Source: Mizuhopecten yessoensis
Lineage: Eukaryota
Assembly: GCF_002113885.1 (NCBI RefSeq)
Contig: NW_018408743.1
Location: forward strand, 943,516 to 1,004,014
Reading direction: 5' to 3'
DNA length: 60,499 nt
The number at the start of each line of letters is the position of its first letter. Within the stretch, counting starts at the first letter, position 1. Of the stretch, positions 1-12,956 are shown in pieces. A program made the position numbers and the translations under genes. The notes beneath the pieces were generated by a model. The model ran no database searches and was not told where the DNA came from. It saw only the letters and a program-made list of their open reading frames with translations.

Positions 1-1572
1 AATCAGGGACCCAAAGGATCAAGACGGGGCCAGGGCGACATATACTCTATAGGGCCCATCTCAATGTCTCACCTCCCCAGCGGCTGTAGGGGTGACGTGT
101 TTGAGTTGACCCGCTGTTCCTATATACCAAAATCAATGTGTGACCGAAAACACGTTAGTACACATAAAAGGGGCAGTGATTAATTACCTGTGCAGATAAA
201 CAATGCCGTATTAATTGATTAAACTAATTAACCTTCCAATCAGGTCCAAACGTAACATGTTCTGCAGACTATTTGAAAATAAACTATATTATTCTTCCTA
301 TTATTTGATCATGTGATGTGTGAAAAAATAAATGTTTCAGTTTGTTAAATGACATCACGGTCTGCTAGAGCATCTAATTATGTGATCACATATTACGTTT
401 CTAATACGGTTAATTAACAATGGAGGTCCAATATTTCGATGAGTCTATAATGAAATGTGAAGCACACTAGGACATTTTATGATTTTAACGTATGATTAAA
501 TCGTTCGTATTTCCTTTTCGAATGTCAATTTCCCTTCATAACTGACAAGAAATGGGAAAGTTTATATATATATTCATTGACAAATTATATTCTGCGCACT
601 GTTAATATAACTTATTTGCGGGAATAATATAAGATTCTTTCGGACACATATACACAGGTATATGATAAAAAGATGAAAACCAAGGCTGATTCCGACCACT
701 TCATCTTCATTTATCAATAAAACAAATATGAACTTTCTGTATTTATGAATCATGACACATATTGTTTGAATCTGCTAAATAACGGTGATCCTCTGATAAT
801 GAATTTCAGTGCATTTGATATCAGAGTTGGCTCGTGCGAAATCATGAAGGGTTGACAATTTGGTTGCGGCAGAAACCGGGTCGATTGATTGGGCAGGTGA
901 TATCTGATTAAATAAAACACCATTCCTGTCCCTAAAGTACCAAAGGTTGAGGGGGGAAAAACCGTGGGACAATATTAAACATTTTAAAACGAAATCGTGA
1001 CAAAAATAAACGCTACCAATAATATTATGCCATATTATGGAGGTCGACGGAAACACTATTTACTTTAGCCTGTAGCATTTCAAGGAAAGGATACCCCACA
1101 ATTTCGTTGATTTGCATAATAAAGTGAGGTAATTTTAATGAGGGGGAGCAGAGAGAAGGTTCCCACACTCCATCCCCTACAAACGCCGTACGGCAAGATA
1201 TCGCGCTGACAACCTGCGCATGTCAATTGAGTAATAATTAGCATATCCTTTTGTGTGATATTATAATTGTCTCGCAATACCTCGGCCGGCTTCTGTGCCG
1301 GAATGCGCCAGTGATGAGCCACGATAATTCCGGCCCGTTTGGCGCGAATACTCTTTGTTTCGATCCAGGATGTTTTTGCTGTATTTTTTTTATTCATGGC
1401 GTTGTCACCTGCTGAAGGTTTTAGCCATCTGCCACAGTAACGGTACTGGTCGTGGCCCTTTCCCGTTACAGGTACTCTACCACAACACCCGGGCCCCGTA
1501 ACCGGTAAAACAAACAAATCTTAGAGAACAAACAGGCAACAGATGGCGTCACAGTGCAGTTCTTTGTCTTAG

Positions 1573-1665
1573 ACCGAGCGGTGAATATATATGTGCGGAT
1601 AATAAACTTTGAATACACCGCGTCATCGTTCGGTCACAACAGGTGTTCTTATTGTTTGGGTGAAG
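1573..1665 (+). other. Candidate 93-nt exon (unknown transcript)
   Basis: Acceptor ttctttgtcttAG| ends at 1572 and donor AAG|GTAAGT starts at 1666. One frame is open (RAVNIYVRIINFEYTASSFGHNRCSYCLGE) with no recognisable homology. Confidence 0.2.
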
Positions 1666-4600
1666 GTAAGTGGGGACCTCAGGTGTTATCCTTACCTGTG
1701 TTGTTGTAAGCTGGGAATATTAAACGCGGGACTTGACTTTATAATACCGACAGTCGAAATACACACAATTTTCCGCGAACTGATTCCGGTACGCTTGAAC
1801 GACTTGTCGTCTGTCAATACAGAAGATTATTACATTAATGAAGAAATTAACCCTAAATTCAGTCTATACAGGAATGGCATATTGGATAAAGTTCAGAACG
1901 ATTTTTGAAATGAATACCGTGGAATTATAAAAAAAATCATATACATCACGTTTTATTTTAAAAAATAGGTGGACAATGTATCTGTTGACTCAACACTGGC
2001 TACGACGTAAAAGATCAAGTTCAATATTTTGCCGTGTCTCATTTGTATTAGAACAGCACAACCTACAACTAGGGACTCCTATTAATGTCAACCGACCGAC
2101 TTATACGTCATTTACGAATGTATGTTGGCTATAAATAGCCGGTTTATGCGGTTTTTCTCGAGACCGTATAAGAATAAAATTCAAGGGGAAAACGTTCTTA
2201 TAAGTTTTAATAAACGGTGATAGACCCGCCCGATATACACAAGGACAGGGGACTTATAGCTATCACTAGTTTAAAAAATGCGAATTTTGATCATTTTGAA
2301 GGATACCAAATGAGCAGGTAGGACCGAGCTTTGTCCGGTACCCGACACACAGTTCGGTGGTGCAACAGGTGTTGGCGATATTTGCATTACAGAGGATGGC
2401 GGTGCCTAGCGGGCCATAACAAAGGGCTCTTTGCGACCCCCGGACATACGGCCAGGCCTTCGCCAGCTGCTCCTTTGAATTTAGGGGCCGACTATGACCC
2501 CGGTATAAAGGGGGTCAGTGTTACGTTTTAAAGCACAGTTCATGCTATTGAGACTGATACCCTTCAACGTTTTTATAAGAAACTCAAAATCATCGAGAAC
2601 AATAAAACCTGTTCGTGTGGTTGCTAAATTTTAGCCGTGTCCTCAACTTCCGGTCCTACTGCGCAAACTCAAAAACGAAAAGTCGCCTGTGATTCGTCAA
2701 TCTACTAAGATGGCACGCGTACAGACGTGTATGTAAGTAAAAAAGCATGATATCGCTTTAGCCTTGTATATACTCTGACGAAACCCAGATGCCATATAAT
2801 TGAATAGGTCAACTTCCGTTCTGTCGCCATATGATTGGTACAGCCTGTCATACGAAGTTCGCCACATGTCTGAAAAATCCACTTCCCTCTGTCCACGGAA
2901 AGTTGTTTTCGGTTAGATGAACAGACGTATTTTCTAAATTAACGTATATGGAAAATGTTGGATACGATAAGAAATAGCGGCATTCGTTGCATGTTTTTTT
3001 ACAGTACTTACCATGGAGTGCGATACTTTGTTTTAATCAAAGGCGATAAACAAAACAACAGTTTTGGACCGATTACCTGGAGTTCTAGTGGCTACTTTCG
3101 CTTCCGGGTGTGCTTAAAAGTGCACCAAGGTGTTTTTATGTCAAAGGTCGCAAGCTAAGCGATGCACTGTCTTGATAGGTGAGCCTTATCATAACGTTGA
3201 TTTTTTTACGGTATAATTTCATTCATGAAGCCGCAGGGATAATTTTCATCATATCGAAAATGAAAGCTATTCCAGTTTCAAACATTAGCAAAACTTTCGA
3301 ACCGATGCCAGAAATTTCAAACATGTTATCAAGGGATATTGCAAAGAATTTTCCATACGTACGCCATAAAGTATTTATACGTCTACTGATAAGACCCAGC
3401 CATATTATCAGAGCACCCCACACAAAGTGTGAGGATGCTGTACAATCGTAAACTGACGAGGAGTCTCTCTACCCCCGGGGCAACAGATCTACAAACAGCG
3501 GAGTCGCAGATAAACCTATCTCCCGCAATCTCCGTTCAAACTCCAACGTCATTAAACCCGAGATGAAAACGTAATTTTACTTAATAACTGCAAAAAATAT
3601 GAATTCGGGATGGTTTTTGTTTCTTCCAGGAGAGAATTATTACATAATCATTTCACTTTTCCACGCCATATGGTGACGTAGGTGACCGTAAAGTACGTAA
3701 CACACACACACACCAGGGTTTGGTGCTTAGCTGTTCTTTCCTATTTTAATTTATTGTCAGGTACCTGACCATTGATTGTCTGACCATGATATTGTTCTGT
3801 ATCGAACTTGAGTTTTTTCTGGTAAAGAACGATCTTTTACTTTGAAAATAAACTTTGCCAGAATCTTGTTATTCTAAAATAGTTCGGAACAGGTGGCAAA
3901 AATAGCATGTCTGGTTACAAGGGGGGAGGAGGGGGNGGGGAAGCTACTGACGGATTTTGTCACGAAGAGAAGGTTACAGCATGGTATTCTGAAAGATTGT
4001 GTCACTTTAAGAGAAATTGATTGCAAAGTGTTGGGACGAATTCTGTCACTTTAAGGCAGATCTGGTGACGTACAATGTCTCCTTAACGGACATTGATGAC
4101 ACGACAAGTGTGATCGCCACTAGTGTGACCATGGGAACGAGGCCGCACAACCTTCCCAACCAGTTTACTCCAATCTTTCATTAAATATTAAAAGTCTTTC
4201 GCACAATTTAAAAATTCAAACAAAACCAACGTGCTATATATGCGAGCTGTAATTAGGTACCGGGAGAGGGCCGCCATAACTACACCATAAGGGTACCGCT
4301 ACACGCTCTAACGCAATTGCGTTGATGGTGGAAATTGTCGAACTTCATTTTTTTACTTTCAAAATTAATTAAATTAAAAAACTCACAATCATCCGTAGCC
4401 ATTTATTTGTGAAAACATACAGTACATCCTCAGTTTTGTTTTATCCCTTTGCGCTGTTTATACCAAGATCATGAAAACTGCCAGACGAACAAGTTTGTCA
4501 AAATCCTGTTGTCAACAGAAACAGGCCCACAATCCGTCATGGCATCCCGGAGTGTCAAGATGTCAACCTCCCTAAGTTTATTTTACTATTCGCTATTTAA

Positions 4601-5244
4601 AGCTTAGAGAGGGGGAGAATTTAAAGCTAAGGGAGTGGGGGGAGAGGATGTTAAGATTCTTGTAATCAAGGGATAAGGGAAATGGTCTGCATTCTGGCGC
4701 TAAGCAGTGCCTTGTTTCAGCCACTGATGTAGAAAAACGGTTGTCCATTACAACTCATTTTCGAATTACTAACATGAGTGAATGTCAGCCATAATTTACC
4801 CGGCACACTAAACCATCTGGGAGCAGTTTGTGGCCGACTGGAGCACGTGGGAACCGTTCTCACGCGATATTTGATACGCTTGGCTCGTGCTCTCCCCGTG
4901 CCCGCGTGCTACAGCACTAACACCATCAGCTGTTATCAATGAAGCCAAAATACCGAAACTTAAAACGACTTTGAAATGTAACAAGTTCCAAATTCACAGA
5001 TTTGGTCCTCGATTGAAGTCTCTGGTATTACACGTGTAACACCGGCGTTTGTTTGCGGAGGGAGGGGGACCCAGGACCCGGGGGAGCTGTGTGTACAGTA
5101 AGTTAAAGCGACAGTGACGACCAACTGATGGGAAACACACCATCGTCCTTTTGGCCACTGGTGCTGGTGCCATCAAAGTGGCCCTATGGTCTTTGACTAC
5201 AAAGCATCCTCATTATATTCCGGTAATGAGCACTGGCCGAAACG

Positions 5245-5525
5245 ACCGACCTGTCTCGTTATCCCGGGCAACAGACAAGGTTCAGACTATCACTACTCGA
5301 GTTAGACGAGTCAGATATGTCCAGTTACCCTGGGGGAGAGACGAAATGAGGACCGTCAAATTATCCCGACGAGGACGGACTAGACCTGGGATAATGTCAT
5401 ACAAATCAAGTTGACCCGGGGACGAGACAGTGTCTGATATGTCGAGTTACTCCCTGGAGGGAGACAGAACCACCAATGTCTCGCTATCCTGAGGAGGCAA
5501 AGGCAGATATGCGAAATTGCGCTGG
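5245..5525 (+). repeat. Highly degenerate ~35-40 bp tandem repeat (~6 units)
   Basis: Recurring AGATATGTCnAGTTAnCCCnGGGG..GAGAC-like units, e.g. gatatgtccagttaccctgggggagagac, gatatgtcgagttactccctggagggagac, tgtctcgttatcccggg, tgtctcgctatcctgagg. Confidence 0.5.
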
Positions 5526-6278
5526 GTAAAAAGTATTGTCATAATGAAAATTACCCAATAAACAATAAACTATGACAAGGAATCCGAATATAACACTCAT
5601 GGAAAAAAGTAAGGAGCTAGTTTGGTGGAGGGAATCCCCAACGTACGGCGGCCTTCCCATTAGCGCTGAGGGGAATGGAGGGGATATTTTGATCTGTTGG
5701 TTCGCCTGTCAAAAGGGTGACCACAGTCACCAAGCCATGGTCTCTAAGTTTTATCAGTGCTAATGCACGTTAATGTAGTTTTCGAACAGTACGTGCAAAT
5801 ATGGTGTAAATATGGACATTCCCGATTCCTGACTTCGTGGTCTGGCCACAACTATGCCAAACCATTCCTGGTAGAGTTGACAGTTCGGGCCAAGATAAGA
5901 TAACACGTCCCGCCCAGAGGACCAGCGCCCTAGTTAGCTTAATGGTGGAAAGCGCAAGCGATATTTTTGTCCAAAAGTACCGAAAATCATTTTATAATTG
6001 AAAGATAATCGTTTATGGCACAAATACAACATGGAAGATACATATCGTGTGAAGATTTTCAAGACATACGTTTTTCTTTTCACAATAAAAGTTGAGGAGG
6101 TAAGCTAACGATACTCAAGGAAAACTGAATGTATGTACGTCTCGCTCTTAAATAGGTGACCATACGTCATTATAGACCCACTAGCACCGATAGTCCTGAT
6201 AAAGACGAAAATATTTACAATAAAAGTGTCCAACATAGGATTGTATCTTTAGTTACGTAAATAATAACGGTCACCCAC

Positions 6279-6296
6279 TACACACACACACACACA
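6279..6296. repeat. (AC)n microsatellite
   Basis: acacacacacacacac run seen directly. Confidence 0.85.
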
Positions 6297-8769
6297 GCGT
6301 TGGTCTTTTATGTTTAAAGGGAGGTAACTCCGATATATTTTATGACTGAAGGAACAAGATATGTGGAAAATTAGTCTTACTTTTTTTTCTGTTTGCCTTT
6401 TCAATCCAGGGAAGATCCTGAAAGATATAGAGAAAATATATTTTGAATGGTTTAATATCATGAAAATCCATGAAAGCTTTCAAATTGTTTTCATTACACA
6501 CTAAACAGGTAACTTGACGATAGCGTTAAACGTGTGTCCCAGTGTGTGGTGATCAAACGAACGGCAAGGTACGTGTGACCAGTAACAGATACACCAGGCG
6601 AAAACCTACCGTACCCAAACAGACCCCTAAATCCAAACAAGGACACACGGAGACACAAACAAGGCAATTACTGGGTCTCATATAGGGCGAAGACGCAGAG
6701 TTTGGAGTAGGACAAGGATAAAACAGCATGTGTTCACGATACCAAGTTCTGATTTGGCACTGAATGTCGGAGCCCGTTAGAAAGGATCAACTGTATAATC
6801 TTGTTTTTAGTTTGACCAAACAGTCGTCGAGTCAATAATGTTTGATACAGATAACGCCACAAAAACGTGTTTGAATTTTTTTTTCTAAATATTTGCGAAT
6901 TCAGTTACTTCTATAGATCGAGTGTATTCTAATAAAAAAACTAAACATTTAAAAACTTCTTTACAAATGAAAACATATTTGTAGAACCAAGACCGTTCCT
7001 CGCACGAGAGAATGACTCTATCACGACAAAATGGTTACAAAATATGAACGCAATACAAGTTCTTTTGACTAACACAAATGACAAAATAAATTAAAAGTTT
7101 GATGTTGTTTTTCTTCCGTGACTAAAGCGATCCCAAGGTGTAAACCGAATGTCTATTGGAAATGCTAGCTACACACTAGAATGCCGAACACAAAACGTGA
7201 CAAATGAGATAAAAAAGTGAATGAGCGACATAAAAACTTCGTTCACAAAAAAATCCGGTTCAATACTTGACGTTCGACACGTAAACGCTAACATTTATAT
7301 GTGAAGTTTCACATAATTCCCCTTCGGTATTTCTGTGCGAACTATGTGACTAAAGACGAGTGATGCGAATTGTCTCAACCAAATAGCCGTCTGGCTTCGC
7401 TGTTCCGGAAGTAATTCTCCCATTAACATGGCCAGTTGAAATCGTTAGTTATCTATAATGTCTTATTTTCGGCAACAATGTCTGGGTCTCCGAGGGATAT
7501 ATCAGAGTTACTTACCGTGTCTGAAGCTTAGACCATTCATTTACATAATGGCACGACGCACCGTTCGACAATTCACCCATTCACACAGACCGACAAAAGT
7601 CCACTGATTCAAGTTGACTTATTTGCAACACAGACTCACAGTCACCGATTGTGATTAATGTAAATTAACAAAGTGTTCCAAGTCGGGGAATTAAAACGAA
7701 CGGAAAACGATTTCCTTCTATGATAAACTATTTCTCAACGAAAATCCACAGCCTTGATTAACAAGGTCTAAAATTAAACTGGTGTATTACATGAGCATAT
7801 TACAAAGAACAATGGACGCTTGTTTGTGTTTCTAGAAACAGCCACATATAACACTTAACTAATGCAGGTAGGTATGCCAGGACAATGCTGGGCATGTCCC
7901 CACTCTTTGAATGTTAGAACAAAACATTTAAACGGCACCTCAAAGACAGATTAGTCAATCAACACTCGTCAGCTATGTCAAACATCCCTGGCTTCTAGAG
8001 GACGTGCCCAAAAACAAATGACATGGATGGTATCTTGAAGATACACATTGGTAAATAGATAAATAACAAAAAAATAATGACACCAAACCATCCAATGTTT
8101 TCATTAATTTGGTTAAGTGAAGTTAAAACCAGTTGACAGGGTGTTTGACCTTGAGAGCAATATGAATCTGTAGACAACGAAACACGACCGAGGAGAGTCA
8201 CTGGGGCGTAAACGGCAGTGGTTAGATCGCCGGGGAGTTGGGGGCTTTGTACTGATGCATGTGATCAGAAACAATGGCAATACTGATAGCTGTAATGTCG
8301 CAAGTTTATCGACGTTCGATCTTGATTTGTTTGACACGGAAACTGTTACTGTAAACTACTACTTCCCCAAACAGTACGACATGACAACGGAGCCGAACGC
8401 TTCGTCATTCGAAACTCCTCACTTCTTTACCGTCCCAGGGTATCGCTAACATCGAATGCCACTTAATTTCCCATAAGTCAAGCCTCTATACACGTGAAAC
8501 CACAATTAGTGTTAAATCCAGCCGTATTGCTGTCGACTATGTTATTTAGATATTCGTCTTCAATCATTTATCACTCGATTCTCTTTCATCGATGTCACGC
8601 TCTTTACTGTGTATGTCATTTCGTGTTCACGAAAGTAAAAAAAAAAAAAAAAGACAGTCTCATTATCCATAATTTTTCAATTATTAAATATTTAATATTC
8701 TATACACACCGACATATCACATTCCAACTCCTTAGGTGTACACAAACACTCACCGGCTGAGCTAAATCT

Positions 8770-8936
8770 GGGTTCAGTTTCACGAACGTTCCTGAACTGC
8801 CTTTAACGAAAGCATTATTGGAGTTAAAGAGGAATCGTTTGCTAAGAAAAATCTCCTTATCTTCAGTAATGATTTTCTACTGAAAACTTAAGTTAAAGAA
8901 TTAATTTATGTTAAGAATGTTCGTGTAAATGAGGCC
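8770..8936. mobile_element. Degenerate MITE, PIF/Harbinger-like termini
   Basis: Imperfect TIRs: gggttcagtttcacgaacgttcctgaac ... gttaagaatgttcgtgtaaatgaggcc, with an AT-rich interior. GGGCCC..TTCAC-type ends resemble Harbinger MITEs (recalled knowledge). Confidence 0.55.
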
Positions 8937-9300
8937 TCGTACATTTTCCTACGCCTTTACCTTTCTAGATAGAAACGTCCTCTTCGAATTCATCCCGAGC
9001 AACCAAACTGAATCTCAACAACGACAAAGCATACATTTTGTCTATTTCTGACCATATTTACGTGATGCAATATATCGAACAGACCGATCTACCACACATA
9101 GATCACGCTGAGAAATATATACAATTTATAAACGAGCAATCTATTTTTAAGTTTATGTCAACCCTACAGACCAGCGATTTTCCCACAGTAAGCTCAGGAA
9201 TGTTAGGCACATGTTGTGGGGAGGGGGTAAAGCAGCACGCATCTTTTGAGGGGGGGACCAGTCATTTATTACCTCCCAATGACAAATTTTATCTTCCCAG

Positions 9301-9330
9301 TGTCTGTGTTGCTTTCCCCGTTATCGTGAG
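9301..9330 (+). other. Candidate 30-nt microexon
   Basis: Branch-like caatgac and ttttatcttccCAG| ending at 9300, then a 30-nt exon, then donor GAG|GTAAGT at 9331. Confidence 0.35.
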
Positions 9331-10354
9331 GTAAGTAATGAAATCTCACCCAATTGATCTGGTACATCTAAATGTTTTATGATCTTTGGATGCGGTCAAC
9401 ACTCGATGTCACTAACTATCTGAACCATCCATCACGAGGTTCGTTAAACCCAAAAACACTGGTATTTGCAATTTCTTTTCTCGTTTATCTTTTTCATTGA
9501 AAAAAAAGATGAAATGCCCAACTTTCCCATGATTTCATTGATTGCGACACAAGAGAGATGTTCTGTAAATATTTCCGGATAGCGCTTGAGTCACATATAT
9601 CAGGGAGGTTTGTATGACCATGCTATTTACATGTGAAACCAAACTTCAAACACATTCTAAAGGTGTTGATGTTTAATATACTCGTAACCCCGTAATGTTT
9701 ATAAATAGATCATCAATAGCTATTAGGATTTTCTCAGTGGTATATCAATGACATTTTGCCGTGATCCTTTCCCTGATCCGTAATGTGTATCTTGATACTG
9801 AGGTGGGTGGGTGTTTTAAAGGTCTGGCCTTACTAAGGATCGCGAGTATTTAAAACCCTGATGCAATGTGTAAGTGAATACTGTGGGAAAATTTCTACCG
9901 AGGAATGTTCTAGCCAAGACTTGACTGCCGATAGGCGCATGTTAAATAGTAATGGCGTACCGTGTCCCCCTACTGGTACAACAATATCGAAACATCTGGA
10001 GCAGGCCGGTTTGTTATGATAGCAAGCCTTATCTGTGATTACAACTGTTGTATTTACCCTCAATAGGGATCTCAGAGGCCTCAGTATCAGCAGCCGACTG
10101 CTAAGCCAATGAAGAGGCAGAACTGTGAGGTCAGAAGGTCAAATATGATGCAATCGGATAAATCAGTTATTCGCTTCATTTAATAACTGACGGTTTTTGG
10201 GGTGATATACTTTGCAATTGTAATAATGTTTTTATTTGTAGGCTTTCGCCAGGCGTGGAGACATCCGACAGGAAATGGGGAACTCTTTGAATGTGTTGGT
10301 TCTCAGCAGTTTTTTCAAAGATACGGACGAACTGAGCAAACTAATAACGAATGG

Positions 10355-11295
10355 CAACTGTCAACAGAGGTCGTCAGCTGTCAACAGAGAACAATCGTCA
10401 ACGAGAAAAAAATAACAACAAAGGTCATCTGTCAAAAAGGATGAACAATCAGCAGGAACACCTGTCAAGAAGGACCACATATTAACAAAGCTTATCCAAT
10501 TATAAACGGCAACTGTCAATTAAGCCAATTTACAATCAAGAATATCTTCTATTATAAAGGGATGTCTGGCAATTAGGGTTGCCTGTCAATAAAGTTCATC
10601 TTTAATAAGGACACCTATTTATAGTAATATTTATTATGTATGTCAATTTAGTGTATGTCAAAGAAGGCTGTATGTCAATTAAGTTAATGCAAATAAAGGT
10701 TGTATGTCGACCAATAATGTATGTCAATTAAGATGTATGTCAATAAATGCTATGTCAATTTAGCTTCTATCAATAAAGGATGTATGTCAATTAAGTTTTT
10801 GTCAATAAAAGATCTATGTCAATTATGATGTATGTCAATGAAGGCTGTATGTCAATGACGGCTTTATGTCAATTAATGCTGTATGTAAATGAAGGCTGTT
10901 TGTCAATAAAGTTTATGTCAATGAAGGCTGCATGTCAATAAAGGCTGTTTGTCAATAAAGTTTATATCAATGAAGGTTTTATGTCAATGACGACTGTATG
11001 TCAATAAAGGATGTATGTCAATAAAGGCTGTTTGTCAATAAAAGATCTATGTCAATTATGATGTATGTCAATGAATGCTGTATGTAAATGAAGGCTGTTC
11101 GTCAATAAAGTGTATGTCAATGAAGGCTGTATGTCAATGACGACTGTATGTCAATAAAGGATGTATGTCAATGAAGGCTGTATGTCAATGAAGGCTGTAT
11201 GTCAATGAAGGCTGTTTGTCAATAAAGTTTATATCAATGAAGGCTGTATGTCAAAAAAGCTTATGTCAATAAATATCACGGATATCAATAAAGCA
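10355..11295 (+). repeat. ~16-18 bp minisatellite (AAGGCTGTATGTCAAT[G/A]A) with degenerate 5' flank
   Basis: Homogeneous core at ~10640-11270 (aaggctgtatgtcaatga, aaagtttatgtcaatga). The upstream units decay to aaggncacctgtcaa-like variants. Confidence 0.95.
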
Positions 11296-12956
11296 GACAT
11301 ACCACCAACAGTACAATGTAAGACATGTCCTTATAGACCAATGAACTGCAGTTATGTAGGATACAAGACAATGAACGTCCATTGAAATATTTATTTGTTT
11401 GTTTATCCTTGTCTTGGATGCCACTGACACCTGATTAGTGTTGTGGATAGGTATACCAGGGTATCAGACAAGGTTCTGTTATGTAAGCCCCATTGTCTAT
11501 CATAAATGTTCATTATGTGGCTTTTGTCAGGAAACATTCCAGACTAAAGTCCCGGTCACATAACCGACCCACATATTTGTATAAGTATGTGGACATATTT
11601 GTAGAACTAAGTTATTTCTTTCTGGAGGAGCAAAAGATAATTCAAGGCCTTGAAACAAAAAACTTGTAATCTGGCTTAAGTAAAAAAGTACCAACACATG
11701 ATTTGACAAACCAAAAGTGAAGGGAAGACAACTTGAGTCTCCATTTGAAGAAGTGATAATTTTGCTTGTAATTGCTTGTAATGCTAATAATGCTTTTTTT
11801 TTTTATTTGATTCATTCAGGCATCAACTCACACAATAGAAATACTATTATGACAAAAAAACAAATTACATTGATGTCTTCGATTAGATTTATAACAGACC
11901 ATTAAAGTAATTATCTAATTGAAATCGGTAAAAAATAGTCGTGTTGGGGGGAATCAATTTACTGTAATAAGATTACCTAGAAACAAGTTAAAATATCGAC
12001 ACAATGTTTTATTGTATTCTGGATCCTTGAATTATTTAGTACAGTTTTCTGACATCAGTCATAATATATCTGCACTGGTGTACAATTATACGCAACCTAC
12101 TCAATATTTCATGAATGGATTTTTGGCACTTTCAGTTTCTGAAGCCATATTGTTAGCGAACCTGAACGGTCTACATTGATGGATGATAATATTGCCACAC
12201 AGAATCACCAAAAGTTCTGCCTGTCTGGCAGCCAAAATGACAGAGTAGAGTCATATTCCTTGTAGGTCAGAGATGGTGTTTGGAGATGGCCCCCTGGACG
12301 GCTCTGATGGAAGTGTTGGGGAGATGGCCCCCCCATGGTGTGCTCATTGGTGCCATGACACCTCCTCCTTCTACACACCTACAGAGACCCACAGGGATGT
12401 CTTTGAGGATGCCAAGTCAGTGTAAATTTACATGCAAAGAGGAATTCTGATCAAAGTGGTATTTTAGGCTGGAAGATTTGCCTGATCAGACTCTCCCTAC
12501 AGGAGGTGATGTGACGTGAAATCAAGAGAAATAGAGAAGCCGCAATCAATAAAACGCAAGCAGCAGATGATAGACTTTCATAAAATTATGATACCGTGAT
12601 GAATTTAGAGCCTTTGAAATATCATCGTTTTTCACACAAAAACGTGAAAACAAGCCATATATTGTGGTATGTTGGCAATCCGTTNCTCCATTGGGCCAAA
12701 GAAAATCTACACCAAAGTTTCTAGAACATGCACTGTAACATTTCAGAATGAAGAAGCAAGATTTTTCTTTTTACAAAAACTGTGGAACATCAAACTACTA
12801 TCCACATCTTGAATAATTTATTGGTCTGAAACACCTGTTTGTGTGAAAGTGTTACCTTACAGTCGAAAAAACATTGGATTACCTGTAATGAGAAAATATT
12901 TACCATACGCATCTATTCTCAGATCAGGTGTGATCTATTATTGAACCTAAAAACTG

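Larger units (their letters stand above)
800..10300. promoter_or_regulatory. CpG-rich (putatively unmethylated) promoter/regulatory domain
   Basis: Counted by eye, about 23 CG dinucleotides in 1141-1500 versus about 2 in 22261-22620. Contains Ets-like CTTCCGG/CCGGAAG (~2648, ~3101, ~7405), MEF2/TATA-like CTATAAATAG (2129-2138) and paired CSL sites (4846-4864). Boundaries are approximate and the function is inferred. Confidence 0.45.

Noticed and set aside
1080-1517. 145-aa minus-strand ORF in GC-richer DNA
   Set aside because: Non-ATG start, no recognisable domain, no convincing splice context.
3921-3945. G-rich run with an N (also N at 12685) as G-quadruplex signal
   Set aside because: Ambiguous base and simple homopolymer-type runs; cannot be distinguished from low-complexity or sequencing noise.
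12266-12425. GC-rich patch after an AG acceptor with a 50-codon ATG ORF (MVFGDGPLDG...)
   Set aside because: No recognisable homology or strong donor; the length is expected by chance.
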